From Obrimoposthia wandeli (lineage: Eukaryota): a stretch of DNA of 64,000 nucleotides. The stretch is taken from NCBI GenBank assembly GCA_977020255.1, contig CDROCS010001301.1, forward strand, positions 124,001 to 188,000. Direction: 5' to 3'. Each line of letters begins with the position of its first letter. Within the stretch, counting starts at the first letter, position 1. The notes under the pieces are model-generated. The model was not told the origin of the DNA, made no database searches, and saw only the letters and a list, made by a program, of their open reading frames with translations. The position numbers and the translations under genes are program-made. This document shows positions 48,601-60,600 of this stretch, piece by piece.

Positions 48601-51600
48601 AGAATCCAATTACGTTAAATGGTAAATGGGAGGCGGCATATACAAACACTCCTGTTATTTTAAATAAGGGTAGTGAAATTAATTATTCTATTAAATTCTC
48701 CAATCAACAGACTGATCAAATATCTTTATCAGTAATTCATACTCAAGTAGAAGTAGAAAAGAAAGAACTGCAATTGCATGGTGATAAATCAGAACCAAAA
48801 GTTATTAAAAAGACAATTAATAAAATATCAAAACTCACCGTCTCGTTTAAAGATAAGATTGCAAAGCTTTCTATTTCCTTAATCACAGTTGGTGTAGGTA
48901 TTGATAAAAAGGATAATGTTGTACTAATAATATCCGTCAACAACAAAAAATTCTATATCAAGATGGATGCTGACGCTAAAAATGAATTAGGATTCATTTT
49001 CAATACATTAACTTCAGAAAGTTTCGAGTCTGATGATAAAGGAGTTTTACAAGGATCAACATCTATCAGACCTGATTGTGGTGCACATAATTTACAATAT
49101 ATGCATTATAAAACTGGTTCATACAACAAGAAAATTGTATTTACAGAAGATTTAAATAATAATAATGTAAATGCATTAGTAGCATACATTAAATCTAAAT
49201 GTGATGTCATATTTAAAAGATTTTATATGGATGATAATGATAAGCTAATAAAATTTGTATTAAAGAATGGAATTGAGCATATTGGATTTGATCAACGTTT
49301 AATGTATGTATTAGGGTTAGATAAATCACGATTTACAGTCAACGGGTCAGGTAAACCTCGATTAAATTACGAGTTTGATCACATGTACTTGTATTCTAGT
49401 CTGTGTGAACCTGTAAACGTTGGAGGTCAAATGATACCCTTATTAAAATCTATATGGTTAGATACAAATAAAGCACCATGAGACACGGTTAATATCGCAA
49501 TATACAGACCCATGTATATCCCTTTAGCATCAAATGTAATCTCAAACATTGAAATTAATATTAGAAACGATGCAGGTGTTCCAATAAGTTTTTCCAACAA
49601 TGCAAAAGTATCCCTTACCATACATGTCCGTTGTATAGATCAGGTATAAACAATCTGTATTCAAAAATAGTTGTCCATTACAGTTATGAATATAATTGAG
49701 ACATTTAGTGGGCCTCAACAAGGTGGTGAATTGCCATATTTTGTAGGTAAACAGTACGGTTCGGGATGGTTGAAAACATTGGGGCGGTTAGCATTCCCTA
49801 TACTGAAAAGATTAGGCCGTGTTGGAGTTAAAACAGTTCAAGATGTAATAATGAACAACAAATCTGTGTTACCAATGCTTAAACAACATGCACTAGGGGA
49901 AGTTGCCGGAGCCATACCGGAGGCTAAGGAAGCTTTTGGTACAGTTGTTAAAATTATTAAAAATCGACGTAAACGTAAAGCAAGTGAAGCAGCACAAACG
50001 GTTGAACCCGAAACTAAAAAGCAAGAGGGTAGTGGTAGAAAGAAAGCATCTAGTATAAACAAACGAAGAAAACAAGGTACAATATTTGCTTAATAATGGC
50101 TTGTGGTAAATCTGAATTATGTATTTTTGATCGAGCTTTGCCCCAGGTAGTTATAAATAATGGTAGCTTTGAAGATATATATCCAACAAACAATATTACC
50201 GGAACAAGAACAGCAGAGATTCTGTTTAAAATCCAAGGTTCAGATATTAAGTACTTAGATTTGAATGATACCTTGTTGTTTGTGAAAATTAAAGTAACGA
50301 AAACTGATGGTACAGAAATAGCTGTTGCAGATAATGTGGTCCCATCAAATTTCTTGATGCATTCCCTATTTAAAAGCATAGATATAACAATGAATAATAC
50401 TGTAGTAGAAACCCATCCTCAATATGCACAAAAAGCTATGATTGAAACCATACTAAACTATAGCACAGACACTAAAGACACTTGTTTGTCGAGTATAGGT
50501 TATGATGATACTGAAGATAGGTTGGGCTGCAGGAACCGACACTTTACACTTCTCACACAATCCACCTTTATCCAAATGAATCAAAATATAGACAAAGTGG
50601 GTTGAGTTAGTTAACTGAAGGTTGGCAGACGGGTCACACGGCTGGAATTTCCTTGCGGTGTGTGGTCCTCCCTTTTGCAGCAAATGGATCACCTTTTTCA
50701 GAAAGTGAATTATTTTAAAACTTAAGTTTCATTCTGATCGGGGTGATGTCGGCAATACAAACTCAGGGTTCCGTTTTGTAAAATAAAATAAAATTGTTCA
50801 TTTCTTATGTCTCTGAATCACATTAATCAAAATACGGACAAAATTAGGGGCTCCCCGGGGATTGTTGGAAATAATGCTGCAAAAGTGAAAATATGTTGTG
50901 TATGTTCTCAAGCATGCTGTGCTAGTTGTGTCATTTCCCTTCAAATGATGTCTCCCTCACCGCAACTCAGCTGCTTGCAAATGTGTGGCTGTTGTCATAA
51001 ACATTTTCCCTTTGACAGTTTTTGAATCTTGCTAAATAAAAATCAAAAAGTTGTCATATATAAGATGTAAACTATAAATGGAGATGACTATTACAAAATG
51101 CAACATCGTGTACCATCATAACATGTAACTTTATGCATACGTAAAAGGGTTAATAAACCACCCAATATCCATCTGATTGTCTGACGCTAATAATCAAACA
51201 ACATTACTTAATTAATTTCCAAAATATATTTAGACAATTATCGTCAATTTCTTTAGCAAATATTCTAGGAAATATTAACTATCCTTAATATGAAGTATAC
51301 AAGTGTGAGTTTTTAATATTACAATTTAATTCCGACACCCACGTAATGGAGTATATACTGTAGTGTAAAATGTATATAGGAAAATGTGAATTGATTATTT
51401 TGTGTGGAAAAGTGATTGTTTTATTATTTTTGTACAGAAATTCATCAGTATGGACAAAGACGGGGACAATGATAACACGGTATTCGACATTGTGGAGCCG
51501 CTCGGAAACTGCTCAAGCAGTTCTGAGATTTATGAAACAATCGGCAGCAGTGGGGGTAACAGTGTGTGCCTGAACATCTTCTCCAGTGGTACTACAGGAG

Positions 51601-54600
51601 TTCCCAAAGCCATCGAACTAACCCATCGAAATCTGCTGTCTAGTAGTCTCAGTTTAGCGTGAGTTTCTACTACCAAATTACCAAGACTGCAGAGAATAAA
51701 AACATTTACCTTGATATGACACATATTCAATATGAAACAACCTCGATATAACACAACCTCGATATGATCCAGCCTCGATATAACACAACCTCGATATGAC
51801 ACAACCTCAATATGACACAACCTCGATATGACACAACCTCGATATGACACAACCTCGATATGATGCAGTCTCGATATGATGCAGTCTCGATATGACACAA
51901 CCTCGATATGACACAACCTCGATAAGACACAACCTCGATATGACACTACCTCGATATGACACTACCTCGATATGACACAACCTCGATATAACACAACCTC
52001 CATATGATCCAGCCTCGATATAACACAACCTCGATATGACACAACCTCGATATGACACAACCTCGATATGACACTACCTCGATATGACACAACCTCGATA
52101 TGATGCAGTCTCGATATGACACAACCTCGATATGACACAACCTCGATATGACACAACCTCGATATGACACAACCTCGATATGACACTACGTCGATATGAC
52201 ACAACCTCGATATGATGCAGTCTCGATATGATGCAGTCTCGATATGACACAACCTCGATATGAAACATCCTCGATATGACACAACATCGATATGACACAA
52301 CATCGATATGACACAACTTCGATATGAAACATCCTCGATATGACACAACCTCAATATAATTTTACAATTTAAACATTATTATTTAATATAATTTGACGTT
52401 TTTCGAACATTTGTGTTTCTTCACTAGCTAATTAACTAATTCTTGTGAGTCTTGTTTGTGCCCTTGCGCTCTTCAAGTTTGAATCGTCAGCTCTATAACA
52501 TATTGATATACTGATGCTGTAAGTGTGCTTGTGTCTTCTATAATATGCAGAGCAGCAAAGACCATCGAACAAAGAAGCTGTTTGGTGGGCTTCCTCCCAT
52601 TTTCGCATATCTACGCTTTGATTATGGTGATGATGCAGTTGGTTCAAACATGCTCTTCGGCTGTGGTTATGTCCACCTTCAATTTGCAGGGCTTAATCGA
52701 CTCCATCCAGAGATACCAGGTAACTGTTTGTGGGTTGACCGATTGGCATCCATCATGTTTGACGTGAGCAGAGCTTCCATACGCAGAAGGCACTGCAGAA
52801 CTAATAACATGAATGGATGAATTTTAACCGTGTTTCTTTTAATCTGTATGTTCTCTGCATTTTAATAAGGTTGTTTATGTTCTCTTATCAGTAAAGCCGC
52901 ACAGAGAACTCTCTCATAATATCCTTTGAAACGTTTTTTAATAGTAAACTCTGGTAAATTATTAGATTGTTTTCGCTTACTACAACTCGTTTTCTGATCA
53001 AATAATAATCTCTTTCTACTCGGTTGGTTATGTTCTCTAGCTATTCTCCGAATGTGACGATTTGTTTCTTCTATGTGCGAATGCAGAGCAACAGTGACAT
53101 TTAGGATTATAGACAAGATAGGATTGCATATTCATTATCCGTTAAGCTGCATTTCCCGATGATGACGTTTAGCCAAAATGAGTCGAAAAGCGCAATTTGA
53201 CTGAAATTTATTTTGGTTTTATTTTGTAATGTATTACTACAATGGTGTTGGTTTGATTTTCTTTGTCTCACAATGATAGTTTATGAATATCAATGGGAAA
53301 ATTCCTTCAATTGTTTTCCTTAAAGTTTCTTTAGTTAAGGATTTATATTTGAAAGGTTTATGAGCTGCATCAAGGAAACAGTTAAGGAAAATTATATAAT
53401 TTTCTTAATTTCTTTGCCAAGGAAGGTTCTAAAATACAGCTCTAAATTCACCTCAGTTTAAATTAAAAAAGCGACACCGTTTTAAATGGTATCTTACCGA
53501 GTGTGGTTTATTAGCAGTAAAGCCCGATTAATCTTTAGTATGTAAACTGGCACAGTACTCTGAAACAATTTATTTTCAACTTAGCGGCAATTTATATTAA
53601 ATGTCTTAAAAGTTGATTGTGTAAATTTTGCTGAATCTTAGCATTTAAAATATTAATTTAAAAGTGTTTGTGAAAATACGAAGACCACTACATTATTTAT
53701 TATCGTAATTTATGCAATGATATCTGCTAAGTAACTAATGATTTTCAGATTATGGTGGCCACTAAATGTTTCAGCACACATCTCAACATCAGATTGTATG
53801 ACACAGCCCTCCCCCTTATGCAGATCAATCACATTCATATAGTGCCTCCGGTTGCACTTTATCTCCTTAACCATCCCGGTGTGGAGAAGTGCAAATTGGG
53901 CTCCGTCAGTCGCATTACGGTCGGGGCAGCCCCAATCGACAGCAACACCGAGCAGCGGCTGTGCTCCCTTTTCCGAGCGCAGAACCCCAACTTCGTCCTT
54001 GGGCAAGGTCAGAGCAAGGGAATCGGTAACAAGTCCAATAAGGACTTCTTTGAGGTCACGATATGAAATCAAAATACAATTATCATTACATAAACTAAAT
54101 ATTTCAACTGCATCTGTATCAATAAATATCCAACATACCTGCAGCTGATATACACTCACTAGGGACGTTATCAAAGGTAGACATCACAGATTTTTATAAT
54201 ATTTTATATATCAATTTTCTTAGTAAAATATTTACTCCCCTTACTCATTATTTTATATAAATTTCTCAACATCCTTCCATTTAAATGAATACTGATATAC
54301 AGTATTATGTGTAATTATTTTTTCTTGAAAACATCTAGAAAATCTTTGTGTTCATGAATAATACTAAATAATTAAAGTAATGTCAGAAATGTAGCTTTTT
54401 GTGTGGGGACTCTTTAAGTTATGATTTTAATTTTATATCATAGCAATTTTTATTATGATTGAACCATGTCATGGGATAATATATTTCATTCAAATCAACC
54501 TTTCTTATCAAGCCCATAAAAAACTATATAATGACAAGCATCACCTTTGTGAGTCCTTCGTAAAGATTTTTTTTAGATTTCTTCATTTAGAATTTTTTCA

Positions 54601-57600
54601 TTTAAAAACGTGCTTTATAAAATTATCGAAAGTGATTAACAGGATTTTGATACACAAAATAAGATACTGTTATATAGCTATAAAAGCTGCACATGTATGA
54701 AACAAGCTTGTATATGATTATATAGTTGATGGTTGTTTGTTTATTGAGAAAAATAAGACGTACAAATAATAAAAATATTTTATTTGTGATCTATCTTCAA
54801 TTGATCTTCCAATTATGTGAGAATATAAACACTTAAAAAGTTTCTTCAAGAACAGGGTTGAAAATTCCAATTAAAACCACAATATCACATAACATTAACT
54901 TTCCTTCTAAATTACGGAGCAATAGAGATGGCTGAACAATAATTGTAGCAGTACTCTGGAAGTTTGTACAAAATCAGCAAAATCAGCAGGATATTTGACC
55001 GTCACTTCCTTTGCAATTATCTGCAGGCTACGGGCTGTCAGAGACTACTGGAGTGGTGTCTGTCGTATCTTTCCAAGATGAAAAGGCGCACAAGAAAGTG
55101 GGTTCGATCGGTCAACTGCTCCCAAATTTTCAGCTCAAGGTAATATTTATATGAAACAAAGTTTTACAGTTTTCATTGCATTACCCCATTTTCAAATGAA
55201 TGTCCCATGCTACATGGGGCTAATAGTTTTTTTAAAATATTAAATCGTCTTATATTCGTCTTGTCGCATTCAATATTCAAATCTTTCTTGTTGATAAATG
55301 ATTTTGCTTTATGTGCCCGGATATTTCTGTATTCTTGAGTGTGCAATATCGTTACAGCTTGACTGGACATGTTGGGGAGTTTCTGGATACACTTTGTATC
55401 AATATTTAGTACCAATCACTTTTAGTAAGACACTCATGGGTTCGAACTGACGATTAACTGCCATTTATAATTAGACGTGCTTATGGTGAAAGGTTATTCG
55501 GATGCAGCGCAGCACCGTGTAATCGCATTTATGTGAGAACACAAGCCAAACAGCCCAGGGACTGATGTCATTCGAGTATTCAATATTCGTTGACTGATAC
55601 CGGCCTCTTAATTGTAGGTAATGTCCCTTGACGACACTGACAAGGAGTTAGGTCCAATGGAGGTGGGGGAGATACTCGTGAAGGGCCCAAACGTGATGAA
55701 GGGATACGTGGGTATCGACCACGATGACCCCCGTAGTGGCTGGAAGGGGGACTTTCTCTCCACGGGTGAGTAAAGATTGCACTGTTGATAACTGATAAAA
55801 TGTATGAGAACTTGTGAGAACCTAAGCTGAGTTATGAAAAATAAATCAATAAGAGAATGGTCACATTTCTGAATGTACCTATATATACGCCAACTTAAAT
55901 CGGATCGAAAATAAATGATTATTTTCTATTTATTACTAATTTTCAATATACCAAATTGGTAAATAATTCAAATATTTTTGGGGTAGAAGAATTTGACCTA
56001 GAATCTTTGACCTAAACAAATAGTATTTATTCAATTAACAGTTGTATTCTTTTTTATACATTTTTTTATATTATTTATAAAACACGAGTAAATTATGCCT
56101 CAATAATTTATTTACTTGATTCTTTATTTACCGGTTCTGATTTTCCATTTTACAAAATTTTTATTTTTACAATACAACCACTTCTCTTTTTATACGGTCT
56201 TTGTTTACACGGTTTTGAAATAACACAGTGTCAATAAAGTGTATTTTTTTCCTTTTTTACACGGTTTATATTTGACACGTTTTTTACTTGCGTTCAGTCA
56301 TTTTAACAAAGATTCCGGTTTGTCTGATATTCTAGATATTTCTGGCGATGAGAGTGATTTTACACCAGCTCTTCGCAAACAAATGCGCTTATTATCAAGT
56401 AGCGACGAATCGCTATAAAACTTTGGATTTTATATTAGTTATTTTTTTTTACAATGTTTTCCTTTTGTTTTTCAAAGTAAAATTTGAATTTTATTTGAAT
56501 TAGAAATACATCTGTTTCTGTTATTTCAAACATTATTTTTGTTTAAAATAAAAATGTTCATTTTATATTAATTTTATATTCCATTTAAAATTAAAAAAAC
56601 TGACTTTTATGTTAGTTACTATGTGAAAAACTTAGAAATGTGAATTTGATACTAACATAATTTTGATTAAAATAAAAATGTTAATTTTTATTAATTATAT
56701 TCTGTTTTTTTCACGGTTTAGAGATATTTCTTTCGTTTTGCACGTTTTTTGGAAGTTATGGAACGTATCCCCTATTTTACTATGGAGTCTATGTCTTATT
56801 TACACAGTTTCTTTTTACACGTTTTTGTTTGTCACGTATCTACCATGTAAAAAGAGAATTATGTGTAATTTAATTATTTTTATCAAATTGTTACTTTTGA
56901 TTTTACTTTGAAATTTTTCTACTCAAAGTCTTTTGTACTTACATTTTGCGTTTGTCGCTTTTAGAAAACTACGTCAACAAGATCTAATTGCTCCTTAATT
57001 ATTAAATTCTAGCATTCATAACAACTTTTAGTGAATGTTTTGAATCCTGAATACGACAAATATAATTGTAAAGCATAATCAGGTCCGAAAATCTTCAAAT
57101 ATAATTTTATGCATAAAAAGCTTTTATTGTAATATATTTTTATCGACTATTTATCGAAAGAGGAAATCGAAGTTTGGAAGTTGTTCCTTCCGTTGCCTTT
57201 GAAATGCTTTTCATATGCAAGAAAGGGATACTAATTTGCAGGCATTGGTGTATGTTACTGGTCAATATAAATATGTGCTGATGTCAAAGTCATAGGGCTT
57301 CAATCTTCCCAAAATTCAGTTGAAGTTGAGAGGACATTTTCATCTTACAAGAATATTTTGACCGAGAAGTGATTTAAAAATCCTTGAAATTAACTTTATT
57401 TTGAAATTTATTCGTCTATTTGGTATATTGAAAAAATAATAATTAATAGAAAATAAACATTTGTGAAAAGTACTGCACTTTCGATCCGGTTTAACTTGGC
57501 GTCAAAGGATCAAAGTCGAGCATCGATAACCGCTGTAGCAGACGTAAAGTTTGGAGAAGCAAAATCAAATTAATTTGACTTTCTGATGCAAATGCACTTT

Positions 57601-60600
57601 AAAGTGTACGAATAAACATTTTGTAGCGGTTTTACATGTACATGAACCGTATAATCCCGTAGTTGTAGTCGGCATTTGCCACTCGCTCGATTATATCTCC
57701 GACGAACTTTCATCGATGCCTCTTCGGGGGTGGGGGGTCCCTATGTGCTGACACAACACATCTATCTACTATGACAAATGTCATCTGGGCGAGGGTAGCC
57801 TCAAACAACAGGTCACGTGGCAATTTTACAAGCTTTAGGGAGATTTCTTTGTTATTTTAATACTTTTTTATAATTTATATTAACATTTTTATTGAGGCTT
57901 TTAGCACATATTTTGCCATTTCACAGCACTTTTCTTCTGTGATTTAGAAATAAGTTTGTAAAATATAAAACTTTCTTCTAAATTGTTTGAAACAAGCCTC
58001 AACTGAAGCTTCTGGGACTATCTCTGGACCATTATTGTTTAGTAGAGACCCAGTTGCAAGTCATTGAAATGGTCAGGCTTTCGTCTGGAATGGCGTGAAC
58101 TGTTCAGGTGGTCATCATCGGATCATCTTCAATCAGTCTCTTCACAGCATCCCCATTATTTTCGACGATGCTGAAAATGCCTTCCACTGCGCGATTCATC
58201 ATAACAACCGACTCCTCTTTTGAATTATCTACCCTTGGAAGGTGAACTCCATCTTCAGATCGTTCATTGTCTTAAATGTCGACTTTATAAAACATTACAA
58301 CTACGCTTCGTTCTTACGAATCTCAATTTGTGCACAAACATGCTCATCGTCCTCATCGTCCTCATTTATGAATTTTTATTATTTACTTCTATATTTGGAC
58401 GTGAAATATATTTATCACTCCAGAATGTGTACTTTGATAAAGCGAGTTCCAAAGTCGCCAATTGGTATGAAAGGGTAAGAATCTTCAATCTGCCTGTGAC
58501 AAGAGGCTAAACATGCTAAACTCGGCATATTCCGTGCGGATGAATGGTTAGTGGATTCTATCCGGTTGACTGCGACATCGTGCAGGAGATGTGGGCTACT
58601 ACGACGAAGACCACTACCTCTACATATCGGACCGGATCAAGGAGTTGATCAAGGTGAAAGGGTTTCAGGTACGATTGAACCGAGTTTTGTCGTGGCTCAC
58701 CCAATGACCATAGTAATAATTAAATCGTGAAAAGTGAATGTAGGTCGAGGTCACATTTCTCCCGAGTACACATCATATTTGAAGGTCATTATCTACATTA
58801 GTACGTCTATTTTGGGGTCATTTTTTGTTTAAATGCATCTATTTTGGTGGGCGCATATTCAAATTTTGGTCGAATAAAGTAATGATTTTTTATTCCATAT
58901 GATTTTAAAGTCAAGGTCACCTATCATCATTATAAGTTATTTTGTTTTAATGCATTAATTTCGATGCGCGCAATTTCAAAACTTTTTCGCGTGAAAATAT
59001 ATGGTCTCAGAAACCTTTTCCAAGACTTATTTAAAGAAATTTAATTTACTTTTATTTGTGAGTTGAAAAGTTTTTTAAAATCTTATGGTATTTATTATAC
59101 ATAACTTACAATAGTTGTACTTATTTTATAAAAAGTTGCAATATAATTGAATTCAAAACTAGTCAATAAAATGAAGTTTTAAACTATGGTCAATTAGAAG
59201 AAGTTAATGTGAGGCATAAGATGGCTAGCACCATCGATGATAACAATCCAATTGAAGGGTTAACACCATCTATGATATTTCTTAATGAAGTAGATACTAA
59301 ATATATAGTTATAATAAGAGTTTGAAAATATGTACTCACATGACATTGAGAGAAACAAGAGTGAATTAAAACAAATATTGATAAAGAATAATATATATTA
59401 ATAAATACACCTTCATAATATCATCCTTCATTATAATAACATCGTAATCTTAATCTTCATGGTCATCATCCTTCATAATCATTACCACCATGTCTTCATA
59501 ATATCATCTTTCATTTTATTCATAATATCATCTTCTTTATCACAATCCTTCATCTTTTTCATCATCCTCATATAAAATAATTATTTTTTAAAAAATGAAA
59601 AACTTACCTGGAATTCTATACCCCCATCATTAATTCTCTAAAAATTACTCTCTATTTCATTGATTTCATATTTTACAAAATTAATTAGTTTAAACGCAAA
59701 TATTTTATTTAGAGCTTAATATTGTGAAATCAAATTCAAAAAAATAATATGTTAATTAGATATTTGAATTTTATTTTCCAATTAAATATTTGAATTTGAT
59801 ATTTAAGTTAGACATTTATATTTGATTATCAATTTGAGTACAATTTATCTCATAATTATTAATAATATTTCTGATATCAATACTGTGTATATTGGAAGTA
59901 ATTTTCTATGATTTCTGTCCATAAGTATTTTAAATAAATGTATACCTAATTTATTCAATATTTTAACACAATCAAATATACATAATTTCAATAAAGTTCT
60001 AATTTAGAGCATTTATTTATTACAGTCATAGTTTATTGGGACTTTTATTGACAATATTCTCGATAATACATCTCAATAATTTTACTAATTTATTTAACAA
60101 TATTTCATCATAAGCCTACTGCAAGACTGAAAATACACTTTCTAGAAGAAACTTATACGAAACAATATTTATCACGGTCACATAATGAAATCTTCAGTTG
60201 CATATTGAGATGTTAAACTGAAATTAACGAATTTTCATAGATCAATCATGAATATTCTACATGTTATTGATATATATTTAGTATATACTTCATTAAGAAA
60301 TATCATAGACGGTGTTAACCCTTCGAAATAGTAGGTACCTTGACTTTAAAAATCATATGTAATAAAAAAAATTAATTGAGAATGACATTCAGAAATCAAC
60401 CAAAATATACTAAAATCGACCAAAATTTGAATACGTGCCCACCAAAATTGATGCATTTCAACAAAAATTAGCCAAAATAGCCCATAATGACACTGAAATG
60501 ACCTTGAGATATCATGTGAACTCGAGAGAAATGTGACCTTGACCAACATTCGCCCTTACCAATGCGCTTCTGGAGGGTTTCTATGTAATTTGCCTTGAGT

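Larger units (their letters stand above)
44100..50520 (+). mobile_element. Polinton C (second family), lightly decayed, both ends missing, in host intron 37835-51437
   Basis: Divergent gene, TBP-like, BIR, ATPase, basic protein, integrase, penton, QYGSG protein and MCP 5' third; lesions are mostly single nonsense codons. Confidence 0.92.

Noticed and set aside
51530-52354. Several long minus-strand ORFs with [16 protein letters not shown] repeats
   Set aside because: Translation artefacts of a stop-poor 16-bp minisatellite (48 nt = 3 units) inside a host intron.
57950-58480. Second mariner-like remnant on the minus strand
   Set aside because: Only a weak VKRLIEDDP-like segment; no catalytic motifs or TIRs.
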